Shown here piece by piece: positions 1 through 11,579 of a DNA stretch of 64,000 nt. Within the stretch, counting starts at the first letter, position 1. The number at the start of each line of letters is the position of its first letter. This DNA is from Bacteroidota bacterium (GTDB taxonomy: Bacteria > Bacteroidota > Bacteroidia > UBA7662 > CANHCV01): the NCBI GenBank assembly GCA_947501265.1, contig CANMVY010000010.1:19569-83568 (forward strand), written 5' to 3'. A program made the translations under genes and the position numbers. The notes under the pieces are model-generated. The model saw nothing but the letters and a program-made list of their open reading frames with translations, was not told the origin of the DNA and ran no database searches.

Positions 1-120
1 GATGAACACCATGATCGGTTATTGAAAATGGGGCATCAAGCTTCGATGCACATTCATCTTCACACCGGAGGAACGCAACGCGTGTTGCTGGAAATTTCTA
101 AAATATTGGCCATCACTTAA
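1..120 (+). CDS. 3' end of a gene running in from outside the window; possibly Kdo transferase (WaaA-like) C-terminus
   Basis: Open frame 1 DEHHDRLLKMGHQASMHIHLHTGGTQRVLLEISKILAIT* ending TAA at 118-120, convergent on the cytochrome c gene; product guessed from the G-G/A-T-x-R tail only. Confidence 0.35.
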   Translation, partial: DEHHDRLLKMGHQASMHIHLHTGGTQRVLLEISKILAIT

Positions 121-508
121 GTGGCTTGTTCTTACTGATCCACTCCGAGGTAAAATGCCCGCCATCTCTTCCCCACGAATTGTACAAAAAAGTCATCAAA
201 TACCCCAACTCTACATCCGTTAAGGTAGGCTCAGAGGGCATGATTCCGTTGTAACTCACCCCGTTCACTTGAATGGGCCCACTCATTCCCTGCACAATGT
301 GTTGAAGGGTTCGAACAGAGTCGGCCAACATGTAATCGCTCTTTTGAATCGGTGGATAAAGCAAACCGTTCCCTTCTCCTTTTTCACCGTGGCAAGCCAT
401 GCAATGCTGCTGATAAATGCGCAATCCGTTGGCCTCGGCTAACTCCTTTTCCGATCCCATGGTGCAAGCGAAAAGGGCAACAGGAAGGAGGAAAAATAGC
501 TTTTTCAT
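113..508 (-). CDS. Monoheme cytochrome c lipoprotein
   Basis: Lipobox LFAC, heme motif CMACH, distal Met in YNGIMP; overlaps SCO gene stop. Confidence 0.9.
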   Translation of the reverse strand: MKKLFFLLPVALFACTMGSEKELAEANGLRIYQQHCMACHGEKGEGNGLLYPPIQKSDYMLADSVRTLQHIVQGMSGPIQVNGVSYNGIMPSEPTLTDVELGYLMTFLYNSWGRDGGHFTSEWISKNKPLK

Positions 509-1113
509 TGCTCTTCCAAAAGTAGGGGAAGCTCCTTCATCAATCGATCAACGTCTTTGGGATCGGTTCCATCGTAAGCTCCACGCTTGCGTCCCTGGCG
601 GTCGACCAAAATAAAAAATCCACTGTGAACGTAGCCGCCGGGTTCGTTATCATCTGCCACCATGTGACTCATGAAATGGTTTTCACCCAATTGGTAAATA
701 GAGTCTTCGTTTCCAGTTAACATCCACCAATGCTTCGGATCAATTTTAGCTCTTTTGCCGTATTCAGCCAAGGTAGCTACCGAATCGCGGATCGGATCAA
801 TGGAAAAAGATAAAATTCGAAAATCTTCCCGATCTCCAAATTTTTCGCTCACCCGCTTCATCTGCTTTAACATTTTTGGACAAATGCTGGGGCAAGAAGT
901 GAAGAAAAACTCGGCTATGTAAACCTTGCCTTTTACATCCGTTCCTTGGATGGTTTTCCCTTCTTGATTGAGAAATGAAAAATTGGGAATACTTGGATAA
1001 ATGGTATCTGTTCCAACTACTTTCTCGGGATTTCCCAAGAATGGAAGTTTCTGTTTAGGCGATTCGCAGGCAATAATTATTGCAAGAAAGGAAAGAAAAA
1101 TGAGGTGTTTCAT
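505..1113 (-). CDS. SCO1/SenC family copper chaperone lipoprotein
   Basis: FFTSCPSICP (CxxxC), conserved His in YVHSGFFILVD, lipobox IIAC. Confidence 0.92.
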   Translation of the reverse strand: MKHLIFLSFLAIIIACESPKQKLPFLGNPEKVVGTDTIYPSIPNFSFLNQEGKTIQGTDVKGKVYIAEFFFTSCPSICPKMLKQMKRVSEKFGDREDFRILSFSIDPIRDSVATLAEYGKRAKIDPKHWWMLTGNEDSIYQLGENHFMSHMVADDNEPGGYVHSGFFILVDRQGRKRGAYDGTDPKDVDRLMKELPLLLEEQ

Positions 1114-1160
1114 GCGTACTTTGTAAAACTAACGCAAAAGTAGGTACAAGAGTTTCAAAC

Positions 1161-2099
1161 ATGAGCCATCGAGGATTTGAAAAAGGAAGCGATACCGGAT
1201 TATTTACCGAGGTTTCGCACCGAACCAAACGGAACATCAATCCGGATGGCAGTTTCAACATCGTTCGAAAAGGAGAAACCTTTTCGGAGGTTGGGATTTT
1301 CCACAAATTGGTGAACATGCCCATTTTTTCTTTTTTATCCCTCATTTTCGGATTTTATTTTGGGATCAATTTGCTCTTTAGCGTTGGATACTATTTATTG
1401 GGTCCTTCGGCTTTTCAAGGAGTTGGGGATCACCAAGGTTGGGACTTTTTTTGGGATGTTTATTTCTTTGGTTTACAAACCATTACAACGGTTGGATACG
1501 GTTCTGTTGCGCCTACCGCCCACGGGGCTTCAGCACTTGCTGGCGTAGAGGCTCTTTCGGGTATTTTAACCTTCGCTTTGGCCACCGGATTGCTTTACGG
1601 ACGTTTCTCGAAACCGAGGGCCAAAATCTTGTTTTCCGAAAAAGCCATCATCGGAAAATACCAACAAAACGATGCCTTCATGGTTAAAATTGCCAACGGC
1701 CGGAAAAACGTACTCACCGACTTGGAAGCATCCGTCATCATCAAATTTAGCACGAAAGAAAAGAAGTATTACCGCCAACAATTTCATGTTTTGAAGTTGG
1801 AGTTGCAGAAAATTAACTTCATGCCCTTGAATTGGACCTTGGTTCATGTCCTTACCGAACAAAGTCCCCTTTACCAAAAAACCAAGGAAGACTTGGCCCA
1901 AATGGATGCAGAAATCATGGTTTACGTTAAGGGTTTCGACGATTCCTACCACCAAATGGTTCAGGCAAAAACCTCCTACGTTTGCGGTGAAATCGTTCAT
2001 CATGCTTCCTTCGTTCCATCGTACCGAACCGATGAGGACGGGAACGTGATCTTCTATCCCGATCGAATTTCCGAAATAGAAATTCACGATGAAGAATAA
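1161..2099 (+). CDS. Inward-rectifier potassium channel (KirBac-like)
   Basis: QTITTVGYG selectivity filter, two TM helices, RFSKPRAKILFS and WTLVH-x-L-x-x-x-SPL cytoplasmic motifs. Confidence 0.92.
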   Translation: MSHRGFEKGSDTGLFTEVSHRTKRNINPDGSFNIVRKGETFSEVGIFHKLVNMPIFSFLSLIFGFYFGINLLFSVGYYLLGPSAFQGVGDHQGWDFFWDVYFFGLQTITTVGYGSVAPTAHGASALAGVEALSGILTFALATGLLYGRFSKPRAKILFSEKAIIGKYQQNDAFMVKIANGRKNVLTDLEASVIIKFSTKEKKYYRQQFHVLKLELQKINFMPLNWTLVHVLTEQSPLYQKTKEDLAQMDAEIMVYVKGFDDSYHQMVQAKTSYVCGEIVHHASFVPSYRTDEDGNVIFYPDRISEIEIHDEE

Positions 2100-2883
2100 C
2101 TCCTTGCACGATATTGCGGTAGTTGTTCGAGCATCGGGCGAGCGTACAACCGCCATCTGCATCCAATTGCTGGAGGAGCAAGTCGGCAAGATCGCTGGGC
2201 TCGTTGAAGGGATCTCTCCATTCAATGCTGCTTCACGAAAATCGGTTGAATTGGCGGTGGCCACGGGAAAAAAATACACGGCCTTGGTGGATGCAGATGT
2301 GTTGGTATCGCCGAACAGTTTGGCCAAACTTCGCCGCATTTTAGAACTTGCAACTCCAGAAACCTTTTTGGTTAATACCTACACTTTGGATAAATTTCAC
2401 CTGGCAGGAAGGGAGGGTGGCATTCATTTTTACCGCACGAATTTATTAGCGAAATACCTGGAATTGGCCAACGAATGGTCAGATATTCCACGTCCGGAGG
2501 CCAAGTTCCACCATTGGATGGAAGCAAACGGGTACACCATTTACTACGATCAAGAGATAACTTCCATCCACGAATTCTTTCAATGGAGAAAAGATGTTCG
2601 GCAGAAAGTTGGATATCGGTTGCAAAAGTTGGGATTACCCCAACTGAAACACGCTTCTTATTTGAGAAAGATGGGGTGGTTGGATGGTGATTTTGACATT
2701 GCAGGACGACTTGTGAATGAAGCGAACGCTGCCAGCATTAACGATCGAACGGAGGTACCGAAAATCGATTGGGAGGAAAAAACCTTGAAAATGACCTCAT
2801 GGAAAGTAAGATGCATGGTACAACCTTGGGCCATTTACGGGTACATTTATTTACAAATTCCGCTGAAGCGGTTGCTGGGTTGA
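2089..2883 (+). CDS. GT-A fold (family 2-like) glycosyltransferase
   Basis: N-terminal VVVRASGERT strand and DADV (DxD) motif. Confidence 0.6.
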   Translation: MKNNSLHDIAVVVRASGERTTAICIQLLEEQVGKIAGLVEGISPFNAASRKSVELAVATGKKYTALVDADVLVSPNSLAKLRRILELATPETFLVNTYTLDKFHLAGREGGIHFYRTNLLAKYLELANEWSDIPRPEAKFHHWMEANGYTIYYDQEITSIHEFFQWRKDVRQKVGYRLQKLGLPQLKHASYLRKMGWLDGDFDIAGRLVNEANAASINDRTEVPKIDWEEKTLKMTSWKVRCMVQPWAIYGYIYLQIPLKRLLG

Positions 2884-3228
2884 TTAACCCCCGGCTTTTT
2901 TCACTTGGGAATAGCCCATTTCCTTCAGCCAAACCAAAAGTTTGTCGCGAAAGTCGCCTTGAAGAATAATTTCTCCGTCTTTGGCGCTACCTCCAACCCC
3001 GCATTTCATTTTCAACTTCTTACCGAGTTCCTGCAAATCGTCTTGCTGTCCAACAAAACCCCGAATGATGGAGGCTACTTTTCCGCCCCCCTTTCGCTCG
3101 AGATGAATTTTTAAATTTTGTTGTTGAGGGGGCAAGGTTTCAGCATCGCTCAAACCGAAAAACGAATAATTGAACTCGGGATCGGTGGAATACACCACGC
3201 CCTCTCGGTTTTTATCTTTTTTTCCCAT
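2884..3228 (-). CDS. yciH: Translation initiation factor SUI1/YciH
   Basis: [39 protein letters not shown]; start taken at ATG 3228. Confidence 0.93.
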   Translation of the reverse strand: MGKKDKNREGVVYSTDPEFNYSFFGLSDAETLPPQQQNLKIHLERKGGGKVASIIRGFVGQQDDLQELGKKLKMKCGVGGSAKDGEIILQGDFRDKLLVWLKEMGYSQVKKAGG

Positions 3229-3229
3229 G

Positions 3230-4492
3230 TTACTTTTTAAATGCCCAACGAGCAATTTCCTTCAAAGTTACTTTTTTCCCGTACATCAAAACCCCAATTC
3301 GATATATTCGGGCGGAAATATAGGTAAAAAATACAAAGCTCAACACCATGGTTACCATGCTCAACGCCAATTCCCAAGGAGCAACGGCATCGTATGCAAA
3401 GCGCGCCATCATCACCACAGGAGCCGTTAGCGGAATCATGGAGCTCCAAAAAGCGGTTGCCGAATGCGGCTGAGCCACCGCCGTTTGCGCCAATACAAAC
3501 GCAATGATGATGGGAATGGTAACGGGAAAGGTTAACTGTTGTGCATCTTGCTCTTGATCTACAGCCGAACCGATGGCCGCAAACAACGCAGCGTAGATTA
3601 GGAAACCGAAAATGAAGTAAAAGAAGAACACCAATAAGAATCCGGGAACATCTGCCATGGCCGAAAGCGCATCGGGCGACATGGCATCGGGAGCGGCAGC
3701 CGAACCTGTAGCGGCATCGCCCAAAAAGGCGGGCAATACCAAGGTAATCACAATCATCGTTAAACCAATCCAAATGAGGAATTGCAACAAAGCGGTGGCT
3801 GCGATACCCAATATTTTTCCCATCATGAGTTGAAACGGCTGAACACTCGAAATCAAAACCTCCATGATTCGGTTGCTTTTCTCCTCAGAAACGCCTCTCA
3901 AAACCTGCATACCGTAAATCAAAATGAAAAAGTACATCAACATGCTACCAATGGAAGCCAAGCCAAACGCTTTCTCGCTCGATTGGGAACTTCCTTCGGG
4001 TTTTACACTTTGAATGCTGAATTCCGGAGTTTTCATGGAATCGAGTTTGGCTCTCGACACTCCGTTTTCTTCCAATTTTTTGTCTTCAACCGTTTTGGAA
4101 ATATTCTCGGTTAAATAATCCTGCACCTTAATACTCATGGGGGATTGGCTGGTAAACTTGAGGCCTTTCCCGGGATCTTTCCCAAAAACCTCGGCAGTTA
4201 CCGTAAGCAATCCGAGATTTTCATCCTGCGCTAAACTATCGATTAAAGCCTGGCCTTTCAATGGCGCAGGAATGAGCAATAGCTTTTCTTTGGATGGAAG
4301 TTTTTGCTTCCACAACTGAGCATCGTCTTGCACCCAAATGGTTTGAGTGGAATCGTCCATCTTTGTAATGATGATGGGAACCGCAATAAATGCCGACATC
4401 AATACCGGGCCCAAAATGGAGAGAATCCAGAATTGCTTGGTTTTTACCCGAACGAATAATTCCCTGGAAAGGATAAGGTAGATGGCTCTCAT
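3230..4492 (-). CDS. ABC-2 type transporter permease (NatB/YhaP-like)
   Basis: [23 protein letters not shown], 6-7 TM helices. Confidence 0.9.
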   Translation of the reverse strand: MRAIYLILSRELFVRVKTKQFWILSILGPVLMSAFIAVPIIITKMDDSTQTIWVQDDAQLWKQKLPSKEKLLLIPAPLKGQALIDSLAQDENLGLLTVTAEVFGKDPGKGLKFTSQSPMSIKVQDYLTENISKTVEDKKLEENGVSRAKLDSMKTPEFSIQSVKPEGSSQSSEKAFGLASIGSMLMYFFILIYGMQVLRGVSEEKSNRIMEVLISSVQPFQLMMGKILGIAATALLQFLIWIGLTMIVITLVLPAFLGDAATGSAAAPDAMSPDALSAMADVPGFLLVFFFYFIFGFLIYAALFAAIGSAVDQEQDAQQLTFPVTIPIIIAFVLAQTAVAQPHSATAFWSSMIPLTAPVVMMARFAYDAVAPWELALSMVTMVLSFVFFTYISARIYRIGVLMYGKKVTLKEIARWAFKK

Positions 4493-5388
4493 AGGGCAGA
4501 ATTTTGAACGATTTGAATGAAAATTTCATTGAGTCCCGGAATCAATTCCCGGCAACTGTGGATGGTAAGCTGGGATTGAAGGGCTTTTTGAAGCCACTCG
4601 TTCACCGAATGTTCGGCCATCGGCAAAACAACCTTTTGCCCGTCTTCCGTTTGAACAATGGAAAACCCTTGCATCCAATCGGGAATGTTTCCTTCAAATA
4701 GCAACTCAATTTCACTGGATTTGTGGGCCTGACGTATTTCCCGGGTGGTTCCCGAAAGCACCACTTTGCTTTGGTGAATCATCACCAAACTATCGCACAA
4801 GGTTTCTACCGATTCCATGCGGTGGGAAGAAAACAAAATGGTTGCTCCCCGTTGTTTTAAATTCAGAATTTCTTCCTTGAGAATTTCGGCGTTCACGGGA
4901 TCGAAGCCGGAAAACGGCTCGTCCAAAATCACCAAATCTGGCTCATGAAGGATGGTTGCGATGAATTGCACCTTTTGTTGCATCCCTTTCGACAAGTCGG
5001 CCACGTGTTTGTTCCACCATTTTTGAAGGTCGAAACGTTCAAACCACTGTTTGCAACGAAGGGTCGCTTCCGATTTCGACAAGCCTTTGAGTTGCCCCAA
5101 GTAGATGACTTGATCGGCGATATTCATCTTTTTATACAGCCCTCGTTCTTCGGGAAGATAACCCACCTTTTGAATGTCTTCCCTGCGAATTGGACGACCT
5201 TCAAAGAGCACTTCGCCTTCGTCGGGCGCAATGATTTGATTGATGATTCGAATGGACGTGGTTTTGCCGGCGCCATTGGGACCCAACAACCCAAAAATGC
5301 TGCCCTTAGGAATGGAAAAACTCACTCCATTGAGGGCCTTGTGCGCTTCAAACGATTTGTGAATGTTGCGCAGTTCAATAAGATTCAT
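4489..5388 (-). CDS. ABC transporter ATP-binding protein (NatA/YhaQ-like)
   Basis: GPNGAGKT, LSKGMQQK, ILDEPFSG; start at ATG 5388. Confidence 0.93.
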   Translation of the reverse strand: MNLIELRNIHKSFEAHKALNGVSFSIPKGSIFGLLGPNGAGKTTSIRIINQIIAPDEGEVLFEGRPIRREDIQKVGYLPEERGLYKKMNIADQVIYLGQLKGLSKSEATLRCKQWFERFDLQKWWNKHVADLSKGMQQKVQFIATILHEPDLVILDEPFSGFDPVNAEILKEEILNLKQRGATILFSSHRMESVETLCDSLVMIHQSKVVLSGTTREIRQAHKSSEIELLFEGNIPDWMQGFSIVQTEDGQKVVLPMAEHSVNEWLQKALQSQLTIHSCRELIPGLNEIFIQIVQNSAL

Positions 5389-5469
5389 GCGATAAAGTTC
5401 TTTAAAAAAACCTGAATAAAAAACCATTTTTTACCCGAACTTCGCTGATCGATTGAACGATCTGTATAA

Positions 5470-5982
5470 ATGACCGCGATGAAAGGACGACTATTTTGGA
5501 TTTTAGGATTCATGTTTTTACTTAACGGCAATTCCTTCGCTCAGGTTTACCGTCAAGCCGTAGGAATTCGGGGAAATGGCAACCTTTTGGGATTTTCTTT
5601 TGTTCAACGAATTGCTCCTTCCATGACTGGGGAAGTTATTCTTGAACGAAATCCCTTCGACTCGCACATTGCCGGAACAGTTCGCTTCCACAGAAACACG
5701 TTTGGCCCTCGCTTAAATTCGTACTTTGGAATTGGCGGACAAGCTGGATTTGTTCGTTATGCGCCAGGAACTTTTGTTGGTTTGAATACGCAGTTTGGAT
5801 TGGAGTATAAACTGCCGTTCTTGCCCATTCAAACCAGCATCGATTTAATGCCCATGATCAATCTCGGGCCGCACCCCAAAAACTTGTATTTGCAAGTTGC
5901 TTTGGGAATTCGATATGTTACCAAAAAAGATGAAACCCGGGGCTTGCGTGGCGTCATCAATCAAATGAAAAACATTCCATGA
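5470..5982 (+). CDS. Secreted/outer-membrane small beta-barrel hypothetical protein
   Basis: Signal peptide ending SFA-Q, alternating amphipathic strands, LGIRY terminal strand. Confidence 0.6.
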   Translation: MTAMKGRLFWILGFMFLLNGNSFAQVYRQAVGIRGNGNLLGFSFVQRIAPSMTGEVILERNPFDSHIAGTVRFHRNTFGPRLNSYFGIGGQAGFVRYAPGTFVGLNTQFGLEYKLPFLPIQTSIDLMPMINLGPHPKNLYLQVALGIRYVTKKDETRGLRGVINQMKNIP

Positions 5983-6539
5983 CGGATCGCGACCTCTTTT
6001 TAGAGCATACCATCGATTACTTTGGACCTCATGCGCAGCGAAAGGGAGAAATCGAATCGCAACTGCCCACGTTTATTCAGTGGGATTTTGTTTTTCGACC
6101 CAGCCAAAACCCCCAGTTAAAACAATTGGAGGCCGAAGCCTTTCGTCCGGTTCAGCAATGGTTTCGCAACCAAGGTTGGCCCGTTTTACGCTTAGCAGAA
6201 AACGTTTGGGAGTCGGTTGAAAGCATTCCTGAAGAGGCCCGAGTGCCGGAAGAAGTGGTTCAACATTTGCAAGCGCGTTTTGACCAAATGGAAGATCAAC
6301 GAAAAGGAGCGGTGTTTACGTTGTTCTGCTGCGGAAGCGATCGCACCCATTGGACGGCCGCTCAAGCGCTCTTGGAGGGCGGAATTACCCCCAAAGAATT
6401 TGCTCTCGTGTTGGCATCGGCCGAAATTACTGCCGCTAAATTGGCCGGACAGATGAGCAAAACCGACTGGAAAGAAGCCTTGAGGGAATTTGAAGATTTG
6501 GCGTACGACGCCCTCGACTTTGCCGACGAAGAAGCATGA
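5979..6539 (+). CDS. Hypothetical protein with by-eye resemblance to the ATP12/ATPAF2 helical domain
   Basis: ATGA-coupled to both neighbours; pattern TIDYFGP...DFVFRP...L...EA..F.P..QWF...L...F..M....AL.EG.IT (see findings). Confidence 0.5.
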   Translation: MTDRDLFLEHTIDYFGPHAQRKGEIESQLPTFIQWDFVFRPSQNPQLKQLEAEAFRPVQQWFRNQGWPVLRLAENVWESVESIPEEARVPEEVVQHLQARFDQMEDQRKGAVFTLFCCGSDRTHWTAAQALLEGGITPKEFALVLASAEITAAKLAGQMSKTDWKEALREFEDLAYDALDFADEEA

Positions 6540-7123
6540 AACGCATTGGATTAACAGGAGGAATTGGGAGCGGGAAAAGTACGGTCGCTTCGGTTTTTGC
6601 CACCTTGGGGATTCCGTGTTACAATAGCGACCGCCGCGCCAAAGAACTCATGGTTGAAAAAGATTCCCTACGAACCTTCCTCTTCCAACATTTCGGACCG
6701 GAGGTCATCCAAAACCATCAACTCCAATCCTCCATCATTTCCAAAGTTGTTTTCGAACATCCCGAATTGCTGGAACAACTCAACGGAGCCGTACATCCCG
6801 AAGTGGGGAAAGACTTCGACGCTTGGTGCGAAGAGCAAAATGCTCCCTACATTTTGAAAGAAGCTGCGCTGCTGTTCGAAAGCGGGAGCTGGAAAAATTT
6901 GGATGCCATCGTTTGCGTTACCGCTCCCGAAGCGTTGCGCATTGAACGCGTGATTCAGCGCAACGGATTCTCCCGAGAACAGGTAAAAGCTCGGATTCAA
7001 AATCAAATGCCCGAAGAAGAAAAAGTTTCCCGATCCCAATTTGTCATCGAAAACGATGGAAATCATTCCCTTATTGAACAAGTTTTGGCCATCCACCAAA
7101 CGCTTCTCAAGAAAGTTAATTAA
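6536..7123 (+). CDS. coaE: Dephospho-CoA kinase
   Basis: IGLTGGIGSGKST, LNGAVHP, EAALLFE, R-I-x-x-Q motifs. Confidence 0.96.
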   Translation: MKRIGLTGGIGSGKSTVASVFATLGIPCYNSDRRAKELMVEKDSLRTFLFQHFGPEVIQNHQLQSSIISKVVFEHPELLEQLNGAVHPEVGKDFDAWCEEQNAPYILKEAALLFESGSWKNLDAIVCVTAPEALRIERVIQRNGFSREQVKARIQNQMPEEEKVSRSQFVIENDGNHSLIEQVLAIHQTLLKKVN

Positions 7124-7156
7124 CAAAACCCCTCTTTCTTTTTACAACCCCGTGTT

Positions 7157-7164
7157 TACCTTTG
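7157..7164 (+). promoter_or_regulatory. Bacteroidota sigma-70 -7 promoter element
   Basis: TACCTTTG matches TAnnTTTG, 4 nt before GTG of the Cys-rich ORF. Confidence 0.7.
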
Positions 7165-7168
7165 TGGG

Positions 7169-7597
7169 GTGAAGCGATTCATTTCCATAGCCTTACTTTT
7201 CTCTTTCGTCTTCGCAACGGCTGTGCCCGCTGCGGTTATCGATTGTTGTTGCAAGGCCATGCAAACCGAAAGTTCCAGCTGTTGTGCATCGATGGAAGAC
7301 GAGGCGGATGCGTGCTGCAGCGATAAAGAATCGGTGATTCTTAAAAAATTCGAGGAAAAGGCGGCCTTTTTTCAAGAAAAATCGGTGGAGAAATCGGAAA
7401 AACCGGTCTTGCATCCTCACGGAAAAGCGCCCGTCGGTTTGGTTGAATTCGCTTTCAACCGGGCGCTTCAACTTCTTTCCCCCACCTCCATCAAAATTCC
7501 CGAGCGAGTCCCGTGTTCCACAAGGGATATCGTCAGCTTTTCAACCCATTCTTCCCACCGTTTTATGGGGATCGATTTTTCCATTTGGCGCTGTTGA
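7169..7597 (+). CDS. Cys-rich small protein upstream of a metal TonB receptor (HYC_CC_PP-like)
   Basis: Hydrophobic N-terminus, CCC/CC/CC clusters, ends IWRC; position before TBDR plus HMA gene. Confidence 0.65.
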   Translation: MKRFISIALLFSFVFATAVPAAVIDCCCKAMQTESSSCCASMEDEADACCSDKESVILKKFEEKAAFFQEKSVEKSEKPVLHPHGKAPVGLVEFAFNRALQLLSPTSIKIPERVPCSTRDIVSFSTHSSHRFMGIDFSIWRC

Positions 7598-7645
7598 GTT
7601 CAACCCATTTTCACTAGAAAATACGTTGAACATCAATCCAAAAAA

Positions 7646-9829
7646 ATGAAAAAATCCATCTTTATCCTATTCATATTCGGCATTTTTTCGACCCATGCGC
7701 AAAACCTTTGGTTCGGAAAAATCATCAATAAGGCTTCTTTAGAGCCCATTTCCGGAGCCGTGATTCGGTTCGGAGAAAACGAATACGCCCTTTCCGATGC
7801 TCAAGGGCGATTCAAAATCAAATCATCGGACACCCTCCTCACCCTTTTCTTTTCCCATCTCGGATTCGTGTCAGATTCATTGGTAGTTTCCCATCAACAA
7901 AAAGGAATCTCCATGCAGATGAGTCCGGCACCGGTGGAGTTGAAGGGTGCAAACATTGGGCGGAAGCGAAAATCGACCGAGATCAGCACCTTGGATTCTC
8001 GAGCGGTACAAACGATCACCACCCGAGAGTTGCAAAAGGCCGCCTGCTGTAACCTCAGCGAAAGTTTTGAAACGTCGGCGGCTGTAGACGTTTCCCTTTC
8101 CGATGCCCTTACCGGCGCACGCCGCATCAAAATGTTGGGATTGGACGGAAAATACGTGCAATTGCTCACCGAAAACACCTCGGAATTTCGAGGATTGGGG
8201 CAGGCATACGGCATTCAATACGTTCCCGGACACTGGATGGAATCCATTCAGATTTTGAAAGGGGCCGGTTCGGTTGCTCAGGGATACGAAGCATTTACCG
8301 GCCAAATGAACGTGGAGTTGCTCAAACCTCGTGAAGCCGAAAAGTTTTCCATGTCGGCCTACCAATCTTCCCAAGGGCGCTCCGAGTTAACGGCCCACGT
8401 AGCCGGAAAAGTGAATACCGCCTGGCACGGGTTGCTGGCCGCCCACACCCAACAAGAGTACATTCAGTGGGACATGAACCACGATGGGTTTTTGGATCAG
8501 CCGCTCATCAACAATGTGAACGTGTACAACCGCTGGCATTGGCAAGGAAAACGCGCCGAGAGTCAAATCGGAATCAAGTACTTGAGGGAAAGTCGTAATG
8601 GAGGCGAGGTTCCTTTACCCGACGGGATTTTACCGTTGGTTCCTCAATATTTCATCAATCACCACACGGAGCGGTTGTATGCCTGGGCCAAATTTGGGAT
8701 TTTGTTTCCTGGAAAACCCTACAAAAGCATCGGAAATATTTTATCGTCGGGCATTCACAAACAGCATTCCATGTTGGGTTGGAACGAGTATCAAGGAAAG
8801 GAGAAAAATCTTCAATACTCCTTTTTGTACCAAACCATTTGGAAAGATACCCGCCATCAAATCAAGATGGGGGCAAATTATTTGTGGGATCAATTCGATG
8901 AGAAATTCCGGGATTCGAGTTGGAATCGCACCGAGCACGTTCCCGGAATCTTTGTTGAATGGCACGAAAAACCGCAAAACCTTCCCCTTGATTTGATCGT
9001 TGGCCTTCGGGCAGATCGACACAATTTGTACGGAGGTTTCCTCACTCCCCGATTCAATTTGAAATGGAACCTTACCGATAACAACATCATTAAAATTTCC
9101 TACGGCACCGGCTTCCGCACCGTAAATGCGTTGGTGGAAAACATTGGTTTTTTTGCTTCGGGAAGGCAATGGATCGTGGAAGAAGCGCCCCAAGCCGAAC
9201 GCTCCCAAATTTTGGGCGGCAGTTTCATTAAAATGATGGATTGGTTCGGACGGGAATGGGTGCTTACCTTGGATTACTACGAAACCCATTTCCAAAATCA
9301 ATGGTTGGTGGATGTGGAAGAAAGCGGAACGCTGCGCATGTACAACCAAAAGGCAGCCTCCTTTTCGAAGAGTTTTCAGGCGGAATTGAACGGAGAAGTT
9401 TTAGAAGGCACCACCCTACGGTTGGCTTACAAATACGACGACCCTCGATCGGGCTTTTCGGGCGGAACGAAAATTCGTCCTCTGGTAGAACAACACCGCT
9501 TTTTGGCCAACACCGGCTGGGAAAGCTACAATGGGAAATGGCTGGCCGATGCCACGGTAACCTACACCGGTCGAAAACGTTTGCCCCAGTATTACGATTT
9601 GCCACAAACCGTTTTGGGCTACAGCCCAGGATTCTTTTTGGTGAACGGACAGGTGACCAAGAAATTCAAATTTGCCGATTGGTATATGGGCGTTGAAAAC
9701 GTTTTGAATTTTCGGCAACACCACCCGATTGTGGGCGCCCCCATCGGTCCCGGATTTGATGCCGCCATGGTTTGGGGCCCCATCATGGGAAGGAATGTTT
9801 ATCTAGGAATGCGCTATAAAATCAAGTAA
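7646..9829 (+). CDS. TonB-dependent receptor, heavy-metal associated type
   Basis: Carboxypeptidase-regulatory-like N-domain, plug motif KAACCNLSESFET, C-terminal WGPIMGRNVYLGMRY. Confidence 0.92.
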   Translation: MKKSIFILFIFGIFSTHAQNLWFGKIINKASLEPISGAVIRFGENEYALSDAQGRFKIKSSDTLLTLFFSHLGFVSDSLVVSHQQKGISMQMSPAPVELKGANIGRKRKSTEISTLDSRAVQTITTRELQKAACCNLSESFETSAAVDVSLSDALTGARRIKMLGLDGKYVQLLTENTSEFRGLGQAYGIQYVPGHWMESIQILKGAGSVAQGYEAFTGQMNVELLKPREAEKFSMSAYQSSQGRSELTAHVAGKVNTAWHGLLAAHTQQEYIQWDMNHDGFLDQPLINNVNVYNRWHWQGKRAESQIGIKYLRESRNGGEVPLPDGILPLVPQYFINHHTERLYAWAKFGILFPGKPYKSIGNILSSGIHKQHSMLGWNEYQGKEKNLQYSFLYQTIWKDTRHQIKMGANYLWDQFDEKFRDSSWNRTEHVPGIFVEWHEKPQNLPLDLIVGLRADRHNLYGGFLTPRFNLKWNLTDNNIIKISYGTGFRTVNALVENIGFFASGRQWIVEEAPQAERSQILGGSFIKMMDWFGREWVLTLDYYETHFQNQWLVDVEESGTLRMYNQKAASFSKSFQAELNGEVLEGTTLRLAYKYDDPRSGFSGGTKIRPLVEQHRFLANTGWESYNGKWLADATVTYTGRKRLPQYYDLPQTVLGYSPGFFLVNGQVTKKFKFADWYMGVENVLNFRQHHPIVGAPIGPGFDAAMVWGPIMGRNVYLGMRYKIK

Positions 9830-9830
9830 C

Positions 9831-10166
9831 ATGAAAAAAATAATCCTCTCTTTCTTGGTTCTATTTGGAATGCAAGAAATCAAAGCCCAAAACAAAGTCG
9901 TTACCGACACCATCGCCACATCCACCGTTTGCGGTACTTGCAAAAGTATTCTGGACGAAGGATTGAAGTTTGAAAAAGGGGTGATTCGGGTAACCGTTTT
10001 GGTGGAAGAGCAGAAAATCATTCTGAAGTACCGCTCCGATAAAACCAATCGAGCGACCCTAAAGGCAGCGATTTCCCGGTTGGGATATCGGGCCGACGAT
10101 GTTCCTGCCGACCCCAAGGGGTTTGAGGCGTTGCCGGCCTGTTGCAAGAAACCGCACAACGATTGA
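9831..10166 (+). CDS. Periplasmic heavy-metal-associated (HMA/MerP-like) protein
   Basis: Signal peptide, CGTC metal motif, C-terminal LPACC. Confidence 0.9.
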   Translation: MKKIILSFLVLFGMQEIKAQNKVVTDTIATSTVCGTCKSILDEGLKFEKGVIRVTVLVEEQKIILKYRSDKTNRATLKAAISRLGYRADDVPADPKGFEALPACCKKPHND

Positions 10167-10180
10167 TCGGGTAGGAACGA

Positions 10181-10216
10181 AACAAAAAATGCCGCTTTTC
10201 AGCGGCATTTTTTGTT
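10181..10216. terminator. Bidirectional intrinsic terminator
   Basis: AACAAAAAATGCCGCT-TTTC-AGCGGCATTTTTTGTT perfect inverted repeat between convergent genes. Confidence 0.9.
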
Positions 10217-10233
10217 GTTGATTCTTCTTGAAA

Positions 10234-11529
<1,296 letters not shown>

Positions 11530-11579
11530 TTTTACTATTTTTGGTTTGCAAAGGTAAAACATTTACCTTGCAATTTATC

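Noticed and set aside
11530-11579. SAH/SAM riboswitch upstream of ahcY
   Set aside because: Only ~50 bp of divergent intergenic space, filled by promoter elements; no aptamer visible
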